64,000 nucleotides of DNA from a virus (lineage: Duplodnaviria > Heunggongvirae > Uroviricota > Caudoviricetes): the IMG/VR virus record IMGVR_UViG_3300029571_000006; one strand, 5' to 3'. Shown piece after piece: positions 49,414 through 57,552 of this stretch. Both the position numbers and the translations under genes were made by a program. The notes beneath the pieces are model-generated. The model did not search any database and was not told the origin of the DNA. It worked only from the letters and a program-made list of their open reading frames with translations. The first letter of the stretch is position 1. Each line of letters opens with the position of its first letter.

Positions 49414-49722
49414 CTAACTATTGATCTTAATTCCACTTAAGAAATCATCAAGCTCGGCTCCATCAATTTCATCTTCAGGAACAGGTTCTACCATATCGAT
49501 TGATATTGATATCGCTCCCATAGTATAGCCAAGCAATCTCTGTCCTTCAATGCCAGTAATCATGAATTCATCACCGCACATATTACGCATAAAGTCAGTA
49601 AAACTGTACTTACACGGAATATTTCCATCCTCATCAACACCAAACTCTGCTTCCATGTCCTCCCACGATCGGATTCTAACAACGTCTCCGACCTTTGGAT
49701 TGAAGTTACTCCTGTCCATCAT
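49414..49722 (-). CDS. Hypothetical protein
   Basis: 102-codon ORF. Confidence 0.35.
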   Translation of the reverse strand: MMDRSNFNPKVGDVVRIRSWEDMEAEFGVDEDGNIPCKYSFTDFMRNMCGDEFMITGIEGQRLLGYTMGAISISIDMVEPVPEDEIDGAELDDFLSGIKINS

Positions 49723-50269
49723 TATCTCCTTTCCACCTCAGTATCTCGCTTAATGTTCTCGGCATGTAGTTCATGTACTCTACCATACATCCAACATTAA
49801 ACATCCTCATTGGAATATCCTGAAGCTGTCTTAATTCTTTCTCAATATTCAGACAGTAATTGTACTGACTTGATGTATGAACATGACCATACAGGTGTAT
49901 TGTATTCCTGTGCTGTCCATTCCAAAATGGTATCGGATAATGAGATAGTATAACCTTCTCATCTCCGTCTTTAATTTCTGCATACTCGCAGATTCTGTCA
50001 AAATTTCTTGCAACTTTTGGAGAAATATGGTCATGATTTCCTTTTACCAGAACTTTATGCCCCTTTAAACATCCGAGAATAAAGGCTGTTTTATCTTCTT
50101 TGTACCAGCTAAAATCTCCTAGGATATATACTATATCGTCACTACCGACAGTCTCATTCCACAGCTGGATCAACGCTTTATCCATTTCCTCCACTGAGCC
50201 AAACGGTCTATTATCATACCGGATGATATTCTTGTGACCAAAATGCATATCTGCTATATAAAAATTCAT
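49706..50269 (-). CDS. Calcineurin-like metallophosphoesterase
   Basis: DMHFGH, GDFS, GNHDH, GHVH motifs. Confidence 0.6.
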   Translation of the reverse strand: MNFYIADMHFGHKNIIRYDNRPFGSVEEMDKALIQLWNETVGSDDIVYILGDFSWYKEDKTAFILGCLKGHKVLVKGNHDHISPKVARNFDRICEYAEIKDGDEKVILSHYPIPFWNGQHRNTIHLYGHVHTSSQYNYCLNIEKELRQLQDIPMRMFNVGCMVEYMNYMPRTLSEILRWKGDNDGQE

Positions 50270-50466
50270 TACTTTTCCCTTTCTTTAGTGTGATGAAGAC
50301 AATTTCCACAAATATAAGCCTTATCAATACTAAATGTTTTATACTTATCAGATTCTTTGTTCATGCAAACACATGCTGTATGTATTCGCATGTCTTCTTC
50401 GGACAGAAAGTCTCTTTTATCCAAATAAATACATCTCATGCTTTTACTCCGGCAGGCACTTAACAA
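50269..50466 (-). CDS. Hypothetical small Cys-rich protein
   Basis: 65-codon ORF. Confidence 0.25.
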   Translation of the reverse strand: MLSACRSKSMRCIYLDKRDFLSEEDMRIHTACVCMNKESDKYKTFSIDKAYICGNCLHHTKEREK

Positions 50467-50902
50467 CTCTTTTTGTATGCCCTATCGTCTTCAACTTAGA
50501 CCGCGTGATCTTCTCAATCTTTGTGACTTTGACTTCTACGTCACCAAAAATCGTTCTGACTATTGCATGAGACCCAATTTTAAGATTCTCTGAGCCTTCT
50601 GTATCGTCTACCATCTTCCAGCGATATTCCTTGTCAACACCAGGATGCACTCCATAAACCAATGTGACCTGCCTTGTATTTGTCTGCTTAACGCATACAA
50701 CCTTGGCTTTATTTTCAATAAGGACAAGATATCCGATATATCCGTCTTTAAGTACCATATTTTCATCAACTACAATATCCCTGTCAAGACGATGGTTTGT
50801 CCGGTAGAACTCTCTGCAAGCCTCCATTTTGTCTTCGTTTGGTCTTGAATGGCTAAATCTATTTGGGACTTTTATCAAATTGATGCTAGTGTTAAAATGC
50901 AT
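50444..50902 (-). CDS. Hypothetical protein
   Basis: 152-codon ORF. Confidence 0.35.
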   Translation of the reverse strand: MHFNTSINLIKVPNRFSHSRPNEDKMEACREFYRTNHRLDRDIVVDENMVLKDGYIGYLVLIENKAKVVCVKQTNTRQVTLVYGVHPGVDKEYRWKMVDDTEGSENLKIGSHAIVRTIFGDVEVKVTKIEKITRSKLKTIGHTKRVVKCLPE

Positions 50903-51141
50903 ATTCTTCCTCCTTAAATTTGTTTAAATGTACAATCTAATATGTATAGATGAGCTTATCCAGGATCTAATTTATGTATGCCGGTGCTGCGATGATTTGG
51001 ATTTCAAGAGTCCTTGATTCTATGTTTCATTGAATTTCAATTAGTTATCCTGTTGACAGTTTGTATTTGTTATGTTATGAGGTTCCTGATGAGTTTGTAC
51101 TCAGCTCCTCCTCTGGCGCTCTCGGGTAGGTTCTCTGCCCT

Positions 51142-51200
51142 ATCAAGTTGTCACTTCCGCCGACGGCAAGAAGCATATCCAATGGATATAATTTCATTGT
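51142..51200. repeat. Conserved structured element copy B
   Basis: Box identical to copy A over 34 nt. Hairpin TATCCA-A-TGGATA, then TAATTTCATTGT. Confidence 0.6.
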
Positions 51201-51401
51201 ACATTTATGATTTGCTATGCAATCTAGTGCATGTTTACCTGTATATCGCTTCCTGAAAGTTCTTTCTGGAGCTAACTTTCTGGATTTGATTCTGGTATAA
51301 GTTCCTGATTATCAATATTGCTTTTTCTTGAGTCTTCAGTTCCTGGATGGTGATCCGGAAGGAGGCACCCGTCGTCTGCAGGATGGTATGTTTCTTTCCT
51401 G

Positions 51402-51460
51402 ATCGAGTTGTTACTTTCGCTGACAGCAAAAAGCACTGTAAAACAGTAATTTCATTGCAT
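51402..51460. repeat. Conserved structured element copy C (diverged, with compensatory changes)
   Basis: ATCGAGTTGTTACTTTCGCTGACAGCAAAAAGCA: the internal palindrome GCCG-A-CGGC becomes GCTG-A-CAGC. Hairpin CTGT-AAA-ACAG, then TAATTTCATTGCAT. Confidence 0.6.
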
Positions 51461-51477
51461 AGCTTATTATTTGTCAC

Positions 51478-51873
51478 TTAGTGGTTCTGTACGAATTTCC
51501 CATCTTCTGTAATCCACATTACTCTAATGATAATGTCTCCGTTTTGATCCATTTTCTCTAACATGACTACATCTTCTATATCCCAGTTTATCGGGTATGC
51601 TCCAGGATATTCGATTGCACACTCTATTGGAGTTGATGAATCGGTCTCTATCCAATCTCTGTCTAAATTGAACGATCCAGGAATGGTATCAACTTTCATG
51701 TGCTTGATTCCGTATTTATCCAGCATCGCACACACTTCTTTGATATATTCATTCTCATACAGCATCTCCTCAAGTTTTGGAACGGTTATATCGAACATGC
51801 ATTTTGCGATTTCATTATCTTTAACTCTATTACCAATCCACATTGACAAGATTTTCTTTCGTTCTTCCATCAT
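51478..51873 (-). CDS. Hypothetical protein immediately downstream of the RT
   Basis: 131-codon ORF. Confidence 0.4.
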   Translation of the reverse strand: MMEERKKILSMWIGNRVKDNEIAKCMFDITVPKLEEMLYENEYIKEVCAMLDKYGIKHMKVDTIPGSFNLDRDWIETDSSTPIECAIEYPGAYPINWDIEDVVMLEKMDQNGDIIIRVMWITEDGKFVQNH

Positions 51874-51917
51874 TTGCTACCTTTTAAAACCTTTCTATAC
51901 CTTTGAAGACCTACAGC

Positions 51918-53057
51918 CTAAGCTGTGAGGTCTTCTTTAATTGATTTCACGATATCCACACCAAATTTCTCGCTGAGATGTTTAACGATTCCGTCAATCT
52001 TTTCTCCCTCAACCATCCGGTAATAGTTTCTATACCCGTCCATCGTTTGAATATCACTTTTATCCCAGGCGATTCCATTCTTTCTATCCATAGCATACGA
52101 TGAAAGCATTGCCTGGAATTGTCTTTTCTTTTTGTGACCTATCGTGATTTCATTATCTTTGTTGAGCATCAATCCAAGATTCCAGTTCTGACCCGCTGAC
52201 GATCCATATCTCGTCTTCTCTTTCTTGATTGTAAACGGCGCTCCGAAATCATTCAGTATTGATACGATTACATTCTGGATTTCCATAAAGCTAAACCCAT
52301 ATTTAGATGAAATCTGGAAATCATCAGCATATCTTGTATATACAAACCTCTGGTGATTGTATTCTCTGAGTGTTCTTGCAACTTCAAAATCAACCGGAAT
52401 CATCATAATGTTTGTAATGGTTGGAGACAACGGAGTTCCCTGTGGAAGTCCCCCATCCAAGAATCCAAGCTCAAGAGCCTTTGCAAGTGCTTCTTTTCCT
52501 TTGTCATCTTTCATTACTTCCGAGAATGGGAACACCATCGAAAACATATGCAGCACCCATTCCATTGTTGTGCTTCCAAAGAAATTGGATAAGTCTAACT
52601 TCTCAAACCACTTACTTTCATTCGCCTGATGCCTTTTCAAAAGATCTAACGTACTTCTACCTTGTATATATGCGAATGCTGATGTGTGATAAAGCGCTTT
52701 GAAATCAACCTCAAATATATTTTTCAGAGTGCGTAATGCTTCTTTGAGTTCCGGTTCCGGAGCGTCAATCTTTCTAAGTCCGCCACTCTTTTTCGGAATA
52801 TGGAACTCATAGTACCATTCATGCCGTGGCTTCTCTCTTAAATATTCTGTTCTTTCGTTGAACCATTCGAGTTTTGCAATAAGCTTGTCAATATCAACAA
52901 GCTGAAGAAATCGATCACTAACTTCTTCAACCTCATACGTCCTTGTATTCGTTAAATTTGCATTTATTAACTGTGCGCCAGAACCAGATCCAAATAGGAA
53001 CTCTTCCAGAGTCATCTGGTGGTATGATGGTGGCTGTTTTACTGTTATGTAATACAT
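51918..53057 (-). CDS. Retron-type reverse transcriptase
   Basis: YYEFHIPKKSGGLRKIDAPEPELKEALRTL (retron RT motif 1/2 with LK), SAFAY...GRS, DLSNFF, GLPQGTPLSPTITNIMM, YTRYADDFQISS, KEKT...NLGLML. Aligns motif-by-motif with retron Ec86 RT. ATG after RBS AAAGGAG (the track start is a TTG). Confidence 0.7.
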   Translation of the reverse strand: MYYITVKQPPSYHQMTLEEFLFGSGSGAQLINANLTNTRTYEVEEVSDRFLQLVDIDKLIAKLEWFNERTEYLREKPRHEWYYEFHIPKKSGGLRKIDAPEPELKEALRTLKNIFEVDFKALYHTSAFAYIQGRSTLDLLKRHQANESKWFEKLDLSNFFGSTTMEWVLHMFSMVFPFSEVMKDDKGKEALAKALELGFLDGGLPQGTPLSPTITNIMMIPVDFEVARTLREYNHQRFVYTRYADDFQISSKYGFSFMEIQNVIVSILNDFGAPFTIKKEKTRYGSSAGQNWNLGLMLNKDNEITIGHKKKRQFQAMLSSYAMDRKNGIAWDKSDIQTMDGYRNYYRMVEGEKIDGIVKHLSEKFGVDIVKSIKEDLTA

Positions 53058-53276
53058 ATTTTCTCCTTTCAAGAACTGCAATCTAATGTATGTCTTAGTT
53101 GTATCCGTGCTGCATGATCCTGATCTTGATCATGTCTCTGCTTGGTATAATCCATTGATTATCATGTACTTATGACCTATCTGTTCCGGGATTCATCCTC
53201 TTCGGAACCTTTGCTGGAATTTCATGAAACTCTCGCATCCTCCGTTGCCTTCTATCCCGGCGGGGTTGCATTCCCT

Positions 53277-53337
53277 ATCAAGTTGCTACTTCCGCCAACG
53301 GCTGAAAGCTATCTCAAAGAGATAAATATCATTGCAT
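53277..53337. repeat. Conserved structured element copy D, inside the 300-bp ORF-free leader of the RT gene
   Basis: ATCAAGTTGCTACTTCCGCCAACGGCTGAAAGC + hairpin TATCTC-AAA-GAGATA + AATATCATTGCAT. Confidence 0.6.
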
Positions 53338-53343
53338 GTTCTT

Positions 53344-53370
53344 TATAAAAACCGCCACGCAACGTGGCGG
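53344..53370 (-). terminator. Rho-independent terminator ending the E1/JAB operon, upstream of the RT leader
   Basis: Minus-strand stem CCGCCACG-TTG-CGTGGCGG followed by TTTTT. Confidence 0.55.
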
Positions 53371-53384
53371 TTCATTCACTTCTA

Positions 53385-53582
53385 CTACACATTCTTGCTA
53401 ATCTTATCGACATATGCTTGGAAGCTACGAATCAGTTCTGTATCTTCTATATAAAATGGATCAGAGTTATACTCGTCGTGAAAGAAGTTATACATTAGCT
53501 GACCGAATCTCATGTCTGGTACTCTTTTCCACGCAGTCGATAAAATTTCGCAGAATAGGTCGATTCTTTGCTTATCCCTCAT
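53385..53582 (-). CDS. Hypothetical small protein (last gene of the operon)
   Basis: 65-codon ORF, 3-bp spacing to the upstream gene. Confidence 0.35.
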   Translation of the reverse strand: MRDKQRIDLFCEILSTAWKRVPDMRFGQLMYNFFHDEYNSDPFYIEDTELIRSFQAYVDKISKNV

Positions 53583-53584
53583 GG

Positions 53585-54256
53585 CTAAAACGCCAACAGG
53601 TCAAATTTGAACCCGTCCATAATAATCATTTTCTTGATTCCATCGCCTTTTACGAAATTGATGTAGTTGTTCACACCGAGAGCTGAAATCAATCTTACTG
53701 TTGTCGCTACACCAAGTGTAACACCACAAGCGGATATTGGTGTCTCATCCTTAGCTTCATCATGTGAGAACTGCATCGAGTTCAATAAATCTTCCTTCAT
53801 TTTGGAATCAGACCAGTCAGCTGCATAATGCTGCGCACTTTCAAGCAATGTTCGGAAATCAAATACCGCTTTTACATATGGACTGTCAAAATGTTTTTCA
53901 ACAATCTCTCTTCTCAGTTCAATGCTGTCTACACACAGGAAGATATATCCCGACATCAGCTTTCCCTGCCATCCTTCCGGTTTGATTTCAATCTGATCAG
54001 AAATTTCTGGATTGATATCTGTCAGAATATCTTTTAATGCTTCGACCTTGAGTTTACCAACATCGTTCTGGTCGAACATCTGATTTACAATGTTATGTGG
54101 TTCAACTTTATCGAAATCCCATAAAGTCATCTTTGTTACACCACATCTTGCAAGGTTCTCTGCTACTGTAGAACCGACAGATCCACATCCTACAATGTGG
54201 ATTCTTGCCTGATCTTTTTCTGGCTGGAAAAATTCATAACTCTTACTTAAATCCAT
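53585..54256 (-). CDS. E1-like (ThiF/MoeB/HesA-family) adenylyltransferase domain protein
   Basis: Rossmann motif IVGCGSVGSTVAENLARCGV followed by LWDFDKVEPHNIVNQ (E1 nucleotide-binding signature). RBS GTAGGAGGA. Confidence 0.6.
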   Translation of the reverse strand: MDLSKSYEFFQPEKDQARIHIVGCGSVGSTVAENLARCGVTKMTLWDFDKVEPHNIVNQMFDQNDVGKLKVEALKDILTDINPEISDQIEIKPEGWQGKLMSGYIFLCVDSIELRREIVEKHFDSPYVKAVFDFRTLLESAQHYAADWSDSKMKEDLLNSMQFSHDEAKDETPISACGVTLGVATTVRLISALGVNNYINFVKGDGIKKMIIMDGFKFDLLAF

Positions 54257-54265
54257 AATATCCTC

Positions 54266-54745
54266 CTACACGTTGTAAATTCCTCTGCTTCCGTTTTGTG
54301 GTACAGTAAATAACTCTGCGATAGACATTTCTTCATTTCCCACTTCATATCTATCGTCTGGATCTTCTTCTACGAATGGCTCCGGCTCTTCTTCGTCATC
54401 GTAGTCTTCTTCATCTTCATCGCAATCGTCAAATACTTCCTCATAATCAGCCCACTCAAGCACCTCATCCTTTAAATCATCAAAATCACTTTCGTCTGCT
54501 TCTGAAAAATCTCCATCATCATCTCTAATATAATAAGATGCTCCTGTCGGAATATCTTCCAAGGATTCTAAAAGATCACTCCAATCACTTGCATCTCTCG
54601 CCATATCGACAAGCCGCTCGTTAAAATAGTCATCTAATTCATCCTGTGAATATACTTCGCTACAAACCGAACACTCATAGTCGTAGCAGAAGCTTCTCAA
54701 TTCACTCCATGTTGTCACATTCTGAATGAATTCATCTCTGGTCAT
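54266..54745 (-). CDS. Highly acidic hypothetical protein with N-terminal CxxC pair
   Basis: 159 codons, D/E-rich (DDCDEDEEDYDDEEEPEP). Confidence 0.4.
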   Translation of the reverse strand: MTRDEFIQNVTTWSELRSFCYDYECSVCSEVYSQDELDDYFNERLVDMARDASDWSDLLESLEDIPTGASYYIRDDDGDFSEADESDFDDLKDEVLEWADYEEVFDDCDEDEEDYDDEEEPEPFVEEDPDDRYEVGNEEMSIAELFTVPQNGSRGIYNV

Positions 54746-54761
54746 TTATCTCATCTCCTTA

Positions 54762-55715
54762 TTATTCAAATCCGTATTTCTGTCTCCAATACTCATCCTG
54801 GAATTCACTGTATCCACCGTATACATCATCGTCGTCATCTAAATAGCCAGGGTATCCGTAATCTGACATGCTCATCTGTTTACAAGAAGATTTATTTCCT
54901 TTCTTACGTTTCCCCTTGCGCTTCTTGCCGCTTTTATTTCCCTGCACAAGGGGACTGGTTTTTCCCAGGCTAGAGTTCTCCTTTTTCGGTTCTTCCTTTT
55001 TCTGCGCTGAATATCCGCCGTAGCTTGGATATCCAGGATAAGAGTTTCCATAAGTTCTAGCCCCAGTGCCGTAATTGTATGTTTTTGTAACAACCAGTTC
55101 TTTTGCTTCCTCAAGGAATCCTGTCAAATCTCCGACTTCTTTGACGGCGACTGTAACATCTGCCGTTTCAAAAAGAATGTTCTCTCTCAGATCATATAAT
55201 TTTACTGTTTTCTCCCCTCGCTTGTTGTATATCATAAAGATATAAAACATATCGCTGTCCAGCTGGCTAAGAATTCCATCATAAAGATTCAAATCCACAC
55301 TTGATGGACTTGTTGACATATTTACATGCGAATGTCCCTGCATTCTAATGTTGTTGAATACGTCATCTTCCTGCTTCATCAACCACATCTCATACTCATT
55401 CTGATCTGTTGTTACGGTTGAACCTGTAACTTCCTGCGGATAAACCAATATATCCGAAATCAGATATGTATCTTTTTCTTCGCATCGTTCTGCAACACCA
55501 TGCCATGCAACTTCTTTATCAAATTCTCTAATAAGAGTCTGCATTTTCTGCCATGCCATTTCAGTAAAAAGGACTGTTGCTTTTCTATCAACAGTCCCTA
55601 ATGTCTTTGTGAAATTTATTTTTCCATCAGAAAACTTTCCAGTACGAAGAGTTTCATAAAATTCCTGTGTGTACTGGTTAAGGATTTCCTGTGGTAATGT
55701 TATCATTTTACTCAT
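54762..55715 (-). CDS. JAB/MPN+ (JAMM) metalloprotease-domain protein with Gly/Tyr/Lys-rich low-complexity C-terminus
   Basis: Upstream Glu (AWHGVAERCEE) plus GHSHVNMSTSPSSVD = E...HxH-x7-S-x2-D JAMM motif. RBS AAGGAG before MSKMITL. Confidence 0.6.
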   Translation of the reverse strand: MSKMITLPQEILNQYTQEFYETLRTGKFSDGKINFTKTLGTVDRKATVLFTEMAWQKMQTLIREFDKEVAWHGVAERCEEKDTYLISDILVYPQEVTGSTVTTDQNEYEMWLMKQEDDVFNNIRMQGHSHVNMSTSPSSVDLNLYDGILSQLDSDMFYIFMIYNKRGEKTVKLYDLRENILFETADVTVAVKEVGDLTGFLEEAKELVVTKTYNYGTGARTYGNSYPGYPSYGGYSAQKKEEPKKENSSLGKTSPLVQGNKSGKKRKGKRKKGNKSSCKQMSMSDYGYPGYLDDDDDVYGGYSEFQDEYWRQKYGFE

Positions 55716-55727
55716 ATTTCGCACTCC

Positions 55728-57317
55728 TTAGAATAAATCGTCTTCTTCAAGGAAATCATCCTCTGTTTCAGTTTCTTCTGTATCTACTGCTTCTGCACCT
55801 GTCTCTTCATCTGTTACAGTATCTGCGTTAGCAGTTGTCTCAGTTGATTCGGTCTGCTCAGATTCCTTAGCCTGCTCTGCCGCTTCCTGTTCTTTCATCC
55901 ACTTGATAGCCCCTCGCATATCAACGATGCTGCCATCTGGAAGCTCGATACATTTGTTATGTCTGTATCCATTTCTTCCACACATGCGTTCCATAAATAC
56001 TTCCATAACTGTACTGTCAGCAAAATTCAAGCTCTTACATGATGAGATACACTGCTCGATGGCTCCGATCGCATCATTATCAGCCAGTCTCTCATTCATC
56101 GTTCTTTCGTAATTTCCAAGACAGCTGTATCTGTCAATATGCGGGTTTGGAATATATGTTTCGTAGCTCTCGTTGTAATTATAATTCCGTAAGCCCTCCA
56201 CTCTTTCTCCAAGCCTGATACGGTATGCGCAGCAGAATCTTAATTTCAATACCTGGTCGATGAAGATCGCATACATCAGCTTCTCGACATCATCCTTTTC
56301 CATAGAATCTCCGATGTATCTATAGATATAGCTTCTTCTGTTATCTATAACTGTCTTTGCCATATCCTCATCAAAGTACATCAGATAATCTTTAACAACA
56401 AAAGTCATCTCTGATCCTCTGACACACTCAAGATCCAGTTTCTGATTGCACAGGAAGTATTCCATGATTTCGGAATCCTCTCCTTCCATCTGAGCAATCT
56501 TTGTCTTGAGACCTAGCAGTCTAATCTCAGCATCTCTCTTCCTGTTCAATGCGGTTGAGATACTATTGTTATATCCTCTAATCTGGTCTACGTAATCGCT
56601 GATATTTTCCTGTACAATCCTAACCTGTTGTTCTTCGTATGCGGTTTCAAACCCTTTCAACTGCTGTCTGATAAACATTCCTCTGAAATCATATCCAGAA
56701 GCAATCTTTGAAATTGCATTCATATACCGCTCTGGAGTTGTTTCTCTCAGAGACTGGATCAATTCCATTTCATCTTCCGTTACTCCAGCCTCCGGGTTAA
56801 AATACCAAGGTAAGAATGCAAATATTGAACACTGTAAATAGTGCATTCTACGAATATTGAGATTATCTACAAATATGACAACCTTTTTATTTGTAGGATT
56901 TACATAACACAAAGCATAAAAAGTTTTCTTGAAAAACTCTGTTACTTTGACAATTCGTTCATAACGAGAATTGTTTGTTGTGAACGCTTTTTCAATCAAT
57001 CTCAGACATGCAAGATTTCCCTGTGCATTTCCAGACAGATTATGAATGACGATAGACCCATCTTCATATTGTCTTGAATTATACATAGCGTCAAGAACAG
57101 CTCCATCCGGATTCCTTTCTACAGTTTCTTTATCGAATGATGTACCTCTAAAATACAAGGACACCGATTCCCCGTCTGAAATTCTTGGACTTACTAATGC
57201 TCTTAATGTTGAGATAAATGTAACATCATGGTTGAAGTTTTCTCCTCTGATATTCGCAAAGTATGTATTTGCTGTCTGTGTGACCAATGGTGTGGTTGTA
57301 ATAGTTGGTCTAAACAT
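55728..57317 (-). CDS. Hypothetical large protein (529 aa), first gene of the E1/JAB operon
   Basis: No family I can name. Acidic C-terminal tail. Contains NPHIDRYSCLGN, reminiscent of but not matching the UBC HPN...C motif. Confidence 0.4.
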   Translation of the reverse strand: MFRPTITTTPLVTQTANTYFANIRGENFNHDVTFISTLRALVSPRISDGESVSLYFRGTSFDKETVERNPDGAVLDAMYNSRQYEDGSIVIHNLSGNAQGNLACLRLIEKAFTTNNSRYERIVKVTEFFKKTFYALCYVNPTNKKVVIFVDNLNIRRMHYLQCSIFAFLPWYFNPEAGVTEDEMELIQSLRETTPERYMNAISKIASGYDFRGMFIRQQLKGFETAYEEQQVRIVQENISDYVDQIRGYNNSISTALNRKRDAEIRLLGLKTKIAQMEGEDSEIMEYFLCNQKLDLECVRGSEMTFVVKDYLMYFDEDMAKTVIDNRRSYIYRYIGDSMEKDDVEKLMYAIFIDQVLKLRFCCAYRIRLGERVEGLRNYNYNESYETYIPNPHIDRYSCLGNYERTMNERLADNDAIGAIEQCISSCKSLNFADSTVMEVFMERMCGRNGYRHNKCIELPDGSIVDMRGAIKWMKEQEAAEQAKESEQTESTETTANADTVTDEETGAEAVDTEETETEDDFLEEDDLF

Positions 57318-57344
57318 TTTGATTCCTCCTTTTCTAATGTTTAA

Positions 57345-57418
57345 TGGATCGTATCCGACTCGAACGGATGACCGGTCGGTTATGAGCCGACTGCTCTAAC
57401 CCACTGAGCTAACGATCC
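57345..57418 (-). tRNA. tRNA-Met (anticodon CAU; could also be initiator or lysidine-Ile type)
   Basis: GGATCGT-TA-GCTC-AGTGGGTTA-GAGC-A-GTCGG-CTCATAA-CCGAC-CGGTC-ATCCG-TTCGAGT-CGGAT-ACGATCC-A. Clean cloverleaf. Confidence 0.75.
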
Positions 57419-57514
57419 GTGTCGTGGATTTTCAGCATATTTGTACCGGCAATCCACAAGCCGACTGATTCTTACATCTTGGACAGCATCCTCATATCTC
57501 ATTTCTCTTTATGA

Positions 57515-57543
57515 GATAAAGGGAAACCGGGAGTTGAACCCGG
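57515..57543 (-). terminator. Rho-independent terminator after the RNase H gene
   Basis: Minus-strand stem CCGGG-TTCAACT-CCCGG followed by TTTCCCTTT. Confidence 0.45.
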
Positions 57544-57552
57544 TATCAGCGT

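Noticed and set aside
51235-51477. 80-aa minus-strand ORF in the gap between 50902 and 51478
   Set aside because: It spans the region carrying repeat copies B/C. It has no RBS and its translation is low-complexity, so it is more likely a chance ORF across a noncoding structured region.
51918-53057. RT as a DGR or group II intron component
   Set aside because: Motif 4 is LPQGTPLSP (QGxxxSP type), not the DGR variant. There is no TR/VR pair or Avd-like gene. No maturase/X or HNH domain and no domain V-like hairpin flanks it. Retron-like motif 1/2 (PKK.GG.R.I..P...LK) fits better.
43947-53337. Four repeat copies as a CRISPR array
   Set aside because: Spacing is irregular (7.2 kb, 0.26 kb, 1.9 kb), the copies are embedded in unique GC-rich flanks, and no cas genes are present. 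The 57-bp and 23-bp repeat families are likewise irregularly spaced.
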